Origin: Pseudomonadota bacterium
GTDB lineage: Bacteria > Pseudomonadota > Alphaproteobacteria > Acetobacterales > Acetobacteraceae
Direction of reading: 5' to 3'
DNA: 64,000 nt
Assembly: GCA_046052145.1 (NCBI GenBank)
Contig: JBJOMW010000018.1
Coordinates: 974-64,973, forward strand
Below, piece by piece: positions 17,331-26,337 of this stretch; the stretch's first letter is position 1; every line of letters starts with the position of its first letter. The notes below the pieces were generated by a model. That model was given only the letters and a program-made list of their open reading frames with translations, searched no databases and was not told the origin of the DNA. Position numbers and translations under genes: made by a program.

Positions 17331-18113
17331 TCAAAGATGCGAGCCGATCGCCCGAGCCGCTTCGTGCAGCGGTTCTCGGAGAAGCAAAGGGTCCGCCGGC
17401 TCCGCAACGCCGAAACTCGCGGATAGCGCCGCGCGCACAACGCCCGCGCGATCCGCGATCGGCACGCCGAGCGAGCGCAAACCCAACCGCAGTTCCTGGT
17501 CCACCAGGGAGGCTCGCTCCCGTCTCACCTCGTCCAGGATCACCCGAAGCCGCGCAGGATCCGTCTCGGTACAGGGCGTGAAGCGCGCCAAGGGTGCGGC
17601 CAGCTTCATGCTGGCTTCTGACGGTGACAGGCCAGCGAGCAGGACACGGCCGATCGCAGTCGCATGCGCCGGCAGGCGCGTGCCGACGGACCGGTCCATC
17701 CCCGGCACCAGCGCCGGCGCGGCATAAGCGACGTAGACGACCTGCGCCCCATCCAGCACGCCAACGGCGCAGGGATGGCCGAGCCGAGCCGCCAGCGGCC
17801 CCACCAGCCGCTGCGCTTCACGCCACCAGGGCAGCGAGGCGAGATAGGCATGACCGAGATCGAGGACCGCAGGGCGGAGCGCGAAGCGTCGCCCGTCATC
17901 GGTGTCAACATAACCCAGCCGCTGCAGCGTGAGTAGCAGACGGCGCACTGCAGCGCGGCTGATGCCCGTGGCGGACGCGGCTTCGGCGACGGTCAGTGTC
18001 GGTCGCTCTGCGCCGAAGGCGCGAATGACCGCAAGCCCTCGGTCCAAAGTCCGCACGATGTCGGTCCCTGCCTCTGCACTGGGTTGGTCCGACCCGACTT
18101 GACGCTGTACCAA
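17331..18113 (-). CDS. IclR-family transcriptional regulator
   Basis: 260 aa. HTH region: LDRGLAVIRAFGAERPTLTVAEAASATGISRAAVRRLLLTLQRLGYV. IclR-type effector domain follows. The TTG start is uncertain. Confidence 0.85.
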   Translation of the reverse strand: MVQRQVGSDQPSAEAGTDIVRTLDRGLAVIRAFGAERPTLTVAEAASATGISRAAVRRLLLTLQRLGYVDTDDGRRFALRPAVLDLGHAYLASLPWWREAQRLVGPLAARLGHPCAVGVLDGAQVVYVAYAAPALVPGMDRSVGTRLPAHATAIGRVLLAGLSPSEASMKLAAPLARFTPCTETDPARLRVILDEVRRERASLVDQELRLGLRSLGVPIADRAGVVRAALSASFGVAEPADPLLLREPLHEAARAIGSHL

Positions 18114-18146
18114 GGCGACCTCTAGCGTTCATGCAACGCACATAAC

Positions 18147-18161
18147 GTGCGCCTGGCGCAC
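18147..18161. promoter_or_regulatory. Perfect 15-bp palindrome in the iclR / ligase divergent intergenic region (candidate operator)
   Basis: GTGCGCCTGGCGCAC (7-bp arms). It lies 34 nt from the iclR start and 60 nt from the ligase start, flanked by GCGTTC...GAACGC outer half-sites. Confidence 0.4.
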
Positions 18162-18220
18162 AAACGCATTCGGAACGCGGTGTCGTCAAGCCGGGCCCAC
18201 AGACAAGCGGAGGAAACGGG

Positions 18221-19597
18221 TTGAGGCTGCCACCGCGCTACCACGAGGCGCTGGACATTGCCGCGCTGTGCGAGGAATTCCCCGCAGCGCCCGAGTTCTT
18301 CGAAACGCTCTGGACGCTTTCGACGGACGAGCTGCGCGCGCGCCAGGATGCCGCCTTCCGCAAGCAGATGCGGCGTGCCTGGCAGGTGCCCTTCTACGCA
18401 CGGCGCTGGCGTGCCGTGGGGCTGGAGCCGGGCGACATTGGCGGTCTCGACGACCTGACGCGGATTCCGACCTTTTCCGTGCACGATCTGCGCGAAAGCC
18501 TGACGCGCGAGCCGCTCTTTCCCGACTATCTCGGCATCGACCCGGAACAGGACGATCCGATACCGCTGGTCTTCCAGACCTCTGGCGGCACGACGGGGTT
18601 GCCGCGCCCCATGATGTTCGCACCGCGTGACCGCGAGGTGATGAACATCGTCACCGGACGCCGGCTGTTCATGCAGGGCGTCCGCCCCTTTGACCGACTG
18701 CAGGTGACGCTCTCGCTCGGCCTTCCGAATGGCGGCCTGCTGGTTCGGGAGGGCATACAGAAATACACCGGTGCCGTGCCCATCATGACCGGCTCGGGAT
18801 CACAGACGCCGACGCGCCGGCAGATCGAGCTGATGCAGGCTTGGCGTACCACGCATCTCATCGGTTTCCCGGCCTATCTGCGCCACATCGCGCTGGTGGC
18901 CCGCGATGAACTCGGCCTTGACCCTCGCACATTCGGCATACGCGGGTTGATCACCCATCTCGGCGTCGAGGATCGCGGCGCGCTGGAGGATCTGTGGGGC
19001 GCGCCGGCCTATGATACCTACGGCATGAACGAATTCGGCTCCGTCGCCTGCGATTGTGCGGAGCGCAATGGGATGCATGTGTTCGAGGACTGCTTCGTTG
19101 TGGAGGTGCTGCACGAGGGACGAGCCGTGGAAACACCTGGCACGCAGGGCAGCGCGGTGGTCACGACGCTATTCAAGCATGTCGCGCCGATGATCCGCTT
19201 CGATACCAACGACGTCACCTCCTGGCTTGGGGGGCAATGCAAATGCGGCAGCACGCATCGGCGCCTGTCCGGCATTCACGGGCGCGCCGATGGGATGGTG
19301 AAGCTGCGCGGCGTGAACGTCTTCCCCGAGGCGGTGGGCGCACTGGTCAGCGCTGATGCGCGTGGGAACGGAGAGTTCCTCTGCGTGGTCGAGCCCGGGG
19401 AGCGCATGGTGGTGCAGGTGGAGGCGCGCGACGCGTCGCTGGACGCGGCAACCTTCGAATCCGATCTGCGCGCGCGCTTCAAGGAGGCGCTGTCCGTCAC
19501 GCTCGAGGTGGAGGTGGTGCCGCGCGGCAGCCTCGCATCGCTCACCGGCCTCGACAGCACCTCGAAGATCCGCCGCCTTCTCGATCGACGAGCCTAG
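18221..19597 (+). CDS. Phenylacetate-CoA ligase-like (PaaK / coenzyme F390 synthetase family) adenylate-forming enzyme
   Basis: 458 aa. TTG start with GGAGGAAA upstream. Motifs: FQTSGGTTGLPRP (AMP-binding P-loop-like), YDTYGMNEFG, and a KLRGVNVFP C-terminal domain. Confidence 0.8.
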   Translation: MRLPPRYHEALDIAALCEEFPAAPEFFETLWTLSTDELRARQDAAFRKQMRRAWQVPFYARRWRAVGLEPGDIGGLDDLTRIPTFSVHDLRESLTREPLFPDYLGIDPEQDDPIPLVFQTSGGTTGLPRPMMFAPRDREVMNIVTGRRLFMQGVRPFDRLQVTLSLGLPNGGLLVREGIQKYTGAVPIMTGSGSQTPTRRQIELMQAWRTTHLIGFPAYLRHIALVARDELGLDPRTFGIRGLITHLGVEDRGALEDLWGAPAYDTYGMNEFGSVACDCAERNGMHVFEDCFVVEVLHEGRAVETPGTQGSAVVTTLFKHVAPMIRFDTNDVTSWLGGQCKCGSTHRRLSGIHGRADGMVKLRGVNVFPEAVGALVSADARGNGEFLCVVEPGERMVVQVEARDASLDAATFESDLRARFKEALSVTLEVEVVPRGSLASLTGLDSTSKIRRLLDRRA

Positions 19598-19599
19598 CC

Positions 19600-20481
19600 A
19601 TGAGCAGCCAGCCAATGCGCATTCTTGACGTCCATTCGCACTGGGGCACCGAGCGCGCCTATCTGTTCCGCACGCCAGAGGCATTGGCGCGCCAGGAGGC
19701 GATCTGGCGCACGAAGGTGGAGTACTTCACCGAGGACGGCATGTGCGACGAATTCGTCCGGCACGGCACGCGTGCGATCCTCGATCTCTCCTACCCGAAA
19801 TTCTGGCCGATCGAGCGGATGCGCGAGGAGCACGACTACGCCTTCGCCCTTGCCCGCCGCCGGCCGGATGCGATCGCGGGCCACTGGCTGCAGTTCGATC
19901 CACGCCGCGCCTATGAATCCATCAAGGAGTTCGAGCGCGCGCTCGATGCCGGCGCAGGCTTTGTCGGGCTCTGCATCAACGGGCAGGTCACCGGCGTAGC
20001 ACCAAGCGACCCGCGCTGGGACGTGTTCTACCAGGCGTCGCAAGCGGCGGGGACGCCGGTGATGATCCTCACCGGACTGACCGGCATCGGCCAGGGACTG
20101 CCCGGCGGCGACGGCATCGAGCTGGACCACGGGCATCCACGCCACATCGACAATGTCGCGTCACGCTATCCGGACCTGCGCATCCTCGCCGCGCGCCCCG
20201 CTTGGCCGTGGCAGGACGAGATGCTGGCCGTGCTGCTGCACAAGCCCAATGTCGCCTACGAGCTGCACGGCTGGGGGCCACGACGCTACAGCCCCGAGCT
20301 TCGCAAGGCGATCGCGACATGGCTGCAGGACCGGGTGATGTTCGGCTGCGACTTCCCTGTGCTGCGCCACGCCAAGCTGAGAGCCGACTGGCAGAGCCTT
20401 GGCCTTGAGGAGGAGATCCTCGCCAAGGTCCTGCACCGCAATGCGGAAGCATATCTGGGATTGAAGGAGACGCCGCGATGA
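19600..20481 (+). CDS. Amidohydrolase_2 family protein
   Basis: 293 aa. ILDVHSHWG metal motif. Ends with FGCDFPVL...VLHRNAEAYLGL, typical of PF04909-type proteins. Confidence 0.8.
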   Translation: MSSQPMRILDVHSHWGTERAYLFRTPEALARQEAIWRTKVEYFTEDGMCDEFVRHGTRAILDLSYPKFWPIERMREEHDYAFALARRRPDAIAGHWLQFDPRRAYESIKEFERALDAGAGFVGLCINGQVTGVAPSDPRWDVFYQASQAAGTPVMILTGLTGIGQGLPGGDGIELDHGHPRHIDNVASRYPDLRILAARPAWPWQDEMLAVLLHKPNVAYELHGWGPRRYSPELRKAIATWLQDRVMFGCDFPVLRHAKLRADWQSLGLEEEILAKVLHRNAEAYLGLKETPR

Positions 20482-21458
20482 CATTCCCGCTTCGTCGGCG
20501 CGCCGCGTTGGCGGCGCCGCTTGCAGCGCTGCTGCCTTCTGCCGTGCGCGCGCAGCAGGACGCCTTCCCGGCTCGCCAGGTGCAGATCGTGGTGCCCTTT
20601 CCCCCGGGCGGCGCAACCGACCTGATGGCACGCCTGTTGACCGAGCCGATGCAGCGTGCGCTCGGTCAGGCGGTGATCGTGGAGAACCGCGCAGGTGCCA
20701 CAGGTGCGATCGGCGCAACCGCGGTGGCGCGCGCCGCGCCGGATGGCCACACCATCCTGATGGGCACGGCGAGCGTGAACTCCGTGCTGCCCGCCGTGCG
20801 GCCCGATGTTGGCTACGACACGCTGCGCGACTTCGCACCAGTGCTGCTGGTGGCGAGTTTCCCGAACATGCTGGTTGTGCATCCAGACGTGCCGGCGCAG
20901 AACCTTTCGGAGCTGATTGCATTACTACGCAGCCAGCCCGACCGGCTCACCTATGCCAGCAGCGGCATCGGTTCCTCCGTCCACCTGGCAGGCGAGTTGT
21001 TCCGCCTGATGACGCAAACCCAGATGACGCATGTGCCGTATCGGGGAAGCGCGCCCGCGGTGACGGACCTGCTCGCGGGCCGCGTCAGTATGATGTTCGA
21101 CAACATGACCACCGTCTGGCCGCATGTGCAGCGGGGAGCGCTACGTGCCCTTGGCGTGACCGGGCTCCAGCGCTCGGCCCTTGCGCCCCAGGTGCCCGCC
21201 ATCGCCGAGGTGCTGCCAGGCTACGAGGCGACGTCCTGGGTTGGGCTCATGGCGCCAGCGCGTACACCGCCATCGAGCGTGGCGAAGCTGGCGGAGGCGG
21301 CGCGCAGCGCGCTGGCGCTGCCGGCCGTGGTGCAGCGCATGACTGAACTTGGCGCAGATCCCGGTGGCGGCGGGCCGGACGAGTTCGCCCGTTTCCTCCG
21401 CGGTGATGTGGAGAAGTGGCTGCGCGTGGTGCGCGAAGCGGGCGTTAAGCCTGAATAG
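20478..21458 (+). CDS. Bug/TctC-family substrate-binding protein
   Basis: 326 aa. ATGA overlap with the upstream gene. Motifs: FPARQVQIVVPFPPGGATDLMAR, VENRAGATGAIG, APDGHTILM, HVPYRGSAPA. Confidence 0.9.
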   Translation: MTFPLRRRAALAAPLAALLPSAVRAQQDAFPARQVQIVVPFPPGGATDLMARLLTEPMQRALGQAVIVENRAGATGAIGATAVARAAPDGHTILMGTASVNSVLPAVRPDVGYDTLRDFAPVLLVASFPNMLVVHPDVPAQNLSELIALLRSQPDRLTYASSGIGSSVHLAGELFRLMTQTQMTHVPYRGSAPAVTDLLAGRVSMMFDNMTTVWPHVQRGALRALGVTGLQRSALAPQVPAIAEVLPGYEATSWVGLMAPARTPPSSVAKLAEAARSALALPAVVQRMTELGADPGGGGPDEFARFLRGDVEKWLRVVREAGVKPE

Positions 21459-21555
21459 CGAGACTGGTTCGTGAGCCTCGACGACGCACGGGCGAAGTGC
21501 GAGGCTTGGCGTCGAGATTACACCAAGGTTCGGCCGCATAGCGGGATCGGCCACA
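21459..21555 (+). pseudogene. IS3-family transposase (OrfB/rve) C-terminal fragment
   Basis: Translation is RDWFVSLDDARAKCEAWRRDYTKVRPHSGIGHN. This matches the conserved WF.SL.DAR...E.WR.DYN..RPHSSLG tail of IS3-family integrase-type transposases. Only about 32 codons remain, and no upstream part is present. Confidence 0.7.
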
Positions 21556-21559
21556 ATCT

Positions 21560-21613
21560 GGTCCTGACCCGAAAAACTGCGCTCTAGCTGGACCAGTTCT
21601 CCGGGTCAGGACC
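21560..21613. repeat. 12-bp perfect inverted repeat flanking a 30-nt spacer (IS end debris?)
   Basis: GGTCCTGACCCG (21560-21571) and CGGGTCAGGACC (21602-21613). Read on the minus strand from 21586, the segment begins TAGAGCG. Those are the same first 7 nt as the IS630-type inverted repeat at 33814. Confidence 0.5.
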
Positions 21614-21895
21614 ACTCTGCGCGCGGACCAGTTTCAGGTCCATGGTCAACGAGATACTCGGCGCGTTCGTCGGGCGGCCGTCCACGGCCCAAGCCGACCG
21701 AATAGCACTGGAAGGCGCCCGCCATGGCGGCCCGAGGATGGGTCGCAGGTCAAGGCTCTGAGGCGCCTTGTCGTCAGCGATCCCTTGCTTTGCAGACCAC
21801 GTGGTGAAGCCCGCTCTTGCGGCGCCCCTCTCCAGCATGATGAACTTGGTGGAAGCCGCGCTTCAGGCTCGGCGCCAGCCGCTCGGGAACCAACC

Positions 21896-22864
21896 ATGAC
21901 CTCTCGCCGGACCCTATTGACCAGCGCGACAGCGCTGCTGGCCGCGCCCGCGCTGGCGCAGGCGCCCTGGCCGAACCGGCCGATCCGCATGGTCATCCCC
22001 TTCGCGCCCGGCGGCTCAACCGACGTGATCGGGCGGATGCTGGCGGAGCAGATGTCGCAGCGGCTCGGCCAGCCGATCGTGGTGGAGAACCGCGGCGGCG
22101 CGGGCGCCACTCTCGGCACGGGGATCGTCGCCGATGCACCCGCCGATGGCTACACGGTGCTGCTGTCACCGGTCAGCGCCTTCAACGTCGGCGCGACGCT
22201 CTACCGCGGGCGGATCAACTGGGATCCGGTGCGCAGCTTCGCCCACGTCGCCATGATCCAGCGCGGGTACTATGCGCTGATGGCCAACCGAAACGCGCCC
22301 TTCTCCAACCCGGCAGAACTCGCCGCTGCGGCGCGGCGGACGCCAGGTATCAACTACGCCACCTCCGGCGTCGGCTCACTGCCACACCTGGTGATGCTGC
22401 GCTTCGCGCAGATCGCGAATGTCGAGCTGACGCACGTGCCCTATCGCGGCGGCGGCCAGGCAGTCACGGACACCATCGCTGGCGTGGTGCCGGTGACGCT
22501 GGACGGCATCGCGGCTTCGGTCGGTTTCCTCCGCCAGGGCAATATACGCGGCATCGGCCTGACCGGCCCGCAGCGCCACCCGGATTTCCCGGACATCCCG
22601 ACCTTCGCCGAACACGGCTTCCCGCAGCTGGTCGCCGAGGGCTGGGCCGGCTTCTCCTTCCCCGCCGCAGTGGCGCGCCCGATCCAGCAGCGCTTCGCCG
22701 ACGTCACGCGGGAGGTGCTGGCGCTGCCAGCTATCCAGACCCGTTATCGCGAACTGGCGAACGACGTCGGCGACCGCTTCATGGACGACTTCCAGGCCTT
22801 CGTCGCGCAGGAGGTCGAGACGTGGCGCCCATTGGTCATCGCCTCTGGCGCCACCGTAGATTAG
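21896..22864 (+). CDS. Bug/TctC-family substrate-binding protein
   Basis: The real start is MTSRRTLLTSATALLAAPALAQ at 21896 (track ORF starts at 21785). Motifs: WPNRPIRMVIPFAPGGSTDVIGR, VENRGGAGA, HVPYRGGGQA. Confidence 0.9.
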   Translation: MTSRRTLLTSATALLAAPALAQAPWPNRPIRMVIPFAPGGSTDVIGRMLAEQMSQRLGQPIVVENRGGAGATLGTGIVADAPADGYTVLLSPVSAFNVGATLYRGRINWDPVRSFAHVAMIQRGYYALMANRNAPFSNPAELAAAARRTPGINYATSGVGSLPHLVMLRFAQIANVELTHVPYRGGGQAVTDTIAGVVPVTLDGIAASVGFLRQGNIRGIGLTGPQRHPDFPDIPTFAEHGFPQLVAEGWAGFSFPAAVARPIQQRFADVTREVLALPAIQTRYRELANDVGDRFMDDFQAFVAQEVETWRPLVIASGATVD

Positions 22865-22955
22865 GCCTCGGGCACCGGCGCGCTATTGCGCTGGGCCCTT
22901 CAGGCGCTCTGCGCGCGGGCCGCCTTCGGCGGCCGAAAAGACACGGATATCGCCC

Positions 22956-24116
22956 ATGACCCACCTCGCCCCGACCGCAGCCGACCGGCTGCCCGCCTTC
23001 CAGAAGCTGCTGGAAGGCCGCGCCGACCTGGCCTTCATCCCGCTCGGCACCGATCTGCACTACCTGGCCGGCATCCCCCGCGACATCCCGAACTACGGCA
23101 CCACGCTGCATCCCGGCGGCTGGCTCGAGGGCGCCTGGCTGACGCCGCAGCGCGCCCCTGTCCTGGCGCTTCCGCGCATGACCGCCGAGTTCAAGGGCCG
23201 CGGCGAAAGCAAGGGCATCGCGATCCGCGTACTTGGCGACCATGACGATCCCGCGGCACTTTGCCGCGACATCCTCGCTGGCTTCGGCCTGCCCGCGCGC
23301 CCGCGCGTCGCGGTCAGCGACCGTGCGCATGGCGAATCCATCGTCGCGCTCCAGGCGATCATGCCGGACGCGGTTTTCGTCTCCGCCACCGACATCCTGC
23401 GCGAACTGCGCGTCATCAAATCGGCCGAGGAAATCGCGATCATGGCCGAGGCCGGCCGCCGCACCGAGGCCGCTTTCGCCGAGACGCTGAAGCATCTCAA
23501 GTTCGGCATGACCGAGCTCGATGCCATCGCAGAGGTCAACTATCAGATGCAGCGCCAGGGCAGCCTGGGCCAGACCTTCACGACCTCACTTTACAATACC
23601 GGCCCCGACCATCCGCTCTTGATGGGGCGCCGGCTGGAATCCTGGAAGCGGCCGATCTACCCGCCCTGCTCCGTACTATTCGACTTCGGCGCTTCGCACG
23701 AAGGTCTCTGCTATGACTACGGCCGCACCGTCAGCTTCGGCGAACCCTCCGCGGAGCAGGTGAAGGTCCATCGCGTGGTGATGGAGGCGCAGGCCGCCGG
23801 CATCGCCGCGCTGAAGGTCGGCACGACGGCCGCGGAGGTGGACGCCACCGCCCGCAAGGTCGTGGAGGACGCCGGCTACGGCCCAAACTTCCGCCACCGC
23901 CTCGGCCACGGCATTGGCTGGGACGTGCATGAGCCGCCCTTCCTGACAAAGCCGGACCATTCGGCACTGCGAGAGGGGATGATGTTTACCGTCGAGCCCT
24001 CGATCCTGCAGGACCGCTCCTTCAGCGCTCGCGTCGAGGACGTGATCGTCGCACGGCCCGGCGGCGGCCAGAAGCTAACGAACGGCTTCCAGGATCTGCT
24101 TGTGGTGGACCGCTAG
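22956..24116 (+). CDS. M24-family metallopeptidase (Xaa-Pro dipeptidase/creatinase-like)
   Basis: 386 aa. Pita-bread fold motifs: FDFGASHEGLCYDYGRT, HRLGHGIGWDVHEPPFL, MMFTVEPSI. Confidence 0.85.
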   Translation: MTHLAPTAADRLPAFQKLLEGRADLAFIPLGTDLHYLAGIPRDIPNYGTTLHPGGWLEGAWLTPQRAPVLALPRMTAEFKGRGESKGIAIRVLGDHDDPAALCRDILAGFGLPARPRVAVSDRAHGESIVALQAIMPDAVFVSATDILRELRVIKSAEEIAIMAEAGRRTEAAFAETLKHLKFGMTELDAIAEVNYQMQRQGSLGQTFTTSLYNTGPDHPLLMGRRLESWKRPIYPPCSVLFDFGASHEGLCYDYGRTVSFGEPSAEQVKVHRVVMEAQAAGIAALKVGTTAAEVDATARKVVEDAGYGPNFRHRLGHGIGWDVHEPPFLTKPDHSALREGMMFTVEPSILQDRSFSARVEDVIVARPGGGQKLTNGFQDLLVVDR

Positions 24117-24464
24117 CACTACAGCCGAACAGAGCCGGATTTGACGGCGAAGCTTCGGCTGCAATGCAGACATCCTGGCCGTCGCGATGCGAACAGATGG
24201 TGCTGCATGGCGCGCCTGACGGCAGGGAGGCTGGGCGCACTGCCTCCGCCAGTACACAGCCAGGAGAACTTCATTCCCCGGCTCCCACCGCTGCTCCTAT
24301 CGGTTCGTATCTCAACTCTCTATCACCAGCCGCCCGTTTCTAAGTTGGCAGGTCAACATCCCGGTCTTTGGCAGGATGCAGCACCACGCACCTCTCGCGT
24401 TGAGTCGTATGCGGACCCGCAGCAAGGAGTTTCAGAAGATAGAGTTTGAATGCCGCCAGCTGCC

Positions 24465-25439
24465 TCAAGTGGCGCGCACGCCGCTCGCGCGCACCACCTC
24501 GCCCCAAACGCGCAGTTCCTCCGCGATGAAGGCGGTGTACTGCGCCGGCGTCAGGTCGGGCGCATCGGCTGTCAGCGAAGTGTAGCGGTCGCGTATGGCG
24601 GGCTGCTGCAGGATCGACCGGATCTCGCGGTTCAATCGGTCCACGATCGGCGCGGGCATGCCCTTCGGGCCGGACACGCCGAACCAGGAATAGGACGTCA
24701 TCCCCGCGAGGCCACCCTCAATCAGGGTCGGGATGTTTGGCAGGTGCCTGTTGCGTTCGGCATCGGCCACGGCGATCGCCTTCACCGCTCCGTCGCGAAT
24801 GTGCTGGATGGAAGACGGTAGCCCGTCGACCATCAGCCCGACCGTGCCACCCATAACGTCAATCAGCGCAGGCCCCGCGCCGCGATACGGGATCGGGTTC
24901 ATCCGGATGCCCGTGGCCAGCCCAATGCGCATGCCGAGCAGATGCGTGGTGGTGCCGTGGCCGGAGATGGCGAAGTCCAATCCATCCGCGCGAGTCCGAC
25001 CGAGTCGGATAAGGTCAGGAATGGTCTGGGCCGGAAAGCGCGGATTGACGATCACTGCCGATGATGTCGTGGCCGCCAGCGCGATATGCGTGAAGTCGGC
25101 CAGCGCATCGTAGCGGACATTGTCGAACATGCTCGGTGAGATGCCGTGCGAGGCGCTGTTAGAGATCACCAGCACATGTCCATCTGGCGCGGACTGCGCG
25201 ACCTGACCGGATGCGAGCGTGGCGCCGGCGCCGGGACGGTTCTCCGCCACGACAGGCTGGCCCAGCCTTTGCTGTAACTGCTCCGCGAGGATCCGCGCGA
25301 CGATGTCCGTGGTGCCGCCGGGGGCGAAGGGTACGACCAGACGGACCGGCCGCGTCGGCCATTCGCCCTGCGCCAGCGCCGGCAGCGGCAATAGCGCGGC
25401 CCCGGCCAGAACGGTGCGACGGCGGATCGTGAATATCAT
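24465..25439 (-). CDS. Bug/TctC-family substrate-binding protein
   Basis: The real start is MIFTIRRRTVLAGAALLPLPALAQ at 25439, with GGAGGAG upstream (track ORF extended to 25925). Motifs: WPTRPVRLVVPFAPGGTTDIVAR, ENRPGAGA, PIPYRGAGPA. Confidence 0.9.
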   Translation of the reverse strand: MIFTIRRRTVLAGAALLPLPALAQGEWPTRPVRLVVPFAPGGTTDIVARILAEQLQQRLGQPVVAENRPGAGATLASGQVAQSAPDGHVLVISNSASHGISPSMFDNVRYDALADFTHIALAATTSSAVIVNPRFPAQTIPDLIRLGRTRADGLDFAISGHGTTTHLLGMRIGLATGIRMNPIPYRGAGPALIDVMGGTVGLMVDGLPSSIQHIRDGAVKAIAVADAERNRHLPNIPTLIEGGLAGMTSYSWFGVSGPKGMPAPIVDRLNREIRSILQQPAIRDRYTSLTADAPDLTPAQYTAFIAEELRVWGEVVRASGVRAT

Positions 25440-25494
25440 GCCTGGAGCTCCTCCGATCGTTTGGTCTTCTGGTCTTCCCGTCTGTCTGGGAAGG

Positions 25495-26337
25495 CTATCG
25501 TGGGACGAAGACACCGTCCAGGAAGGACGCGAAGATGGCGGCCGTCGCGACGATGGCCTCAGGCGATCCGGTGCCAGGCGTCTCGGCCGTGGCGGCTGTG
25601 GGCACCAGTGCTGCGGCCTGGCCGCGCTGGGGGAAGACGTTGTCGGTGGTCGCGGTGGCCAGCAGCACCGGCAAGGTAAGGCGTGGCAGCGCATCCTCCA
25701 TCCGGTAGCGGAGCGCGGCATGGTAGGGCACCGCATAGCTGGCGCCGTTGCGCAGCAGCTCAACCAGCCGCGCATGCAGCACCGCTGCGACGGGTTCTGG
25801 CCCAGCGCGGCGATGCGCCTCATCGCGCCGGAACCAGGGGAAGTAGCGGAAATAGTCCCGGCACATCGCATGTGCCGCAAGAAGGTAGGACCCTTCGGCA
25901 TCCGGCAGCACGGGTGGCGCGACATGGTCCAGCATCGCCTGCCGTTCCACCTCGTCGTAGAAGCCGCAGCCGTCCAGGATCACGCGGCGGACCCGGCGCG
26001 GATGGCGGAGCGCCATCTCGGTCGCCACGCGCGCACCGAGATGGGCGCCATGCAGGTCGCAACGCGCAAGGCCGAGCGCATCCAGCAGCCCCGCCAGCAT
26101 ATCAGCGAAATCCGCGATCTCAGGCTGTGCCATCGGCAGCGGGTCGCTTTCGCCGCAGCCGGGCAGATCGGGCACCACCACCAGCCGCGTTGTCGCCAGC
26201 GCCGCAGCCAAGTGCGACAGCGCCGCACCATTCGAGGCGCCGCCATGCAGCAGCACGAGCGGTGCCGGCCCGCCTGTCCCGCCGGTGCGGTAATGGACCT
26301 GCCCCTGCGGCAGGTCGGCGAAGCGGCGTTTCAGCAT
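25495..26337 (-). CDS. Alpha/beta-fold hydrolase
   Basis: 280 aa. LVLLHGGASNG, then a nucleophile-elbow-like HGAHLGA, then RVRRVILDG. TGATG overlap with the upstream flavoprotein gene. Confidence 0.75.
   Translation of the reverse strand: MLKRRFADLPQGQVHYRTGGTGGPAPLVLLHGGASNGAALSHLAAALATTRLVVVPDLPGCGESDPLPMAQPEIADFADMLAGLLDALGLARCDLHGAHLGARVATEMALRHPRRVRRVILDGCGFYDEVERQAMLDHVAPPVLPDAEGSYLLAAHAMCRDYFRYFPWFRRDEAHRRAGPEPVAAVLHARLVELLRNGASYAVPYHAALRYRMEDALPRLTLPVLLATATTDNVFPQRGQAAALVPTAATAETPGTGSPEAIVATAAIFASFLDGVFVPR

Noticed and set aside
21584-21838. 84-aa minus-strand ORF in the IS-debris region
   Set aside because: It has no start context or recognisable domain. It overlaps the inverted-repeat debris. 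I treat it as non-coding remnant DNA.
24296-24345. tRNA or tRNA fragment (GGTTCGTATC ... CACCA)
   Set aside because: The flanks of the putative T-loop do not pair, and I could build no acceptor or anticodon stems.
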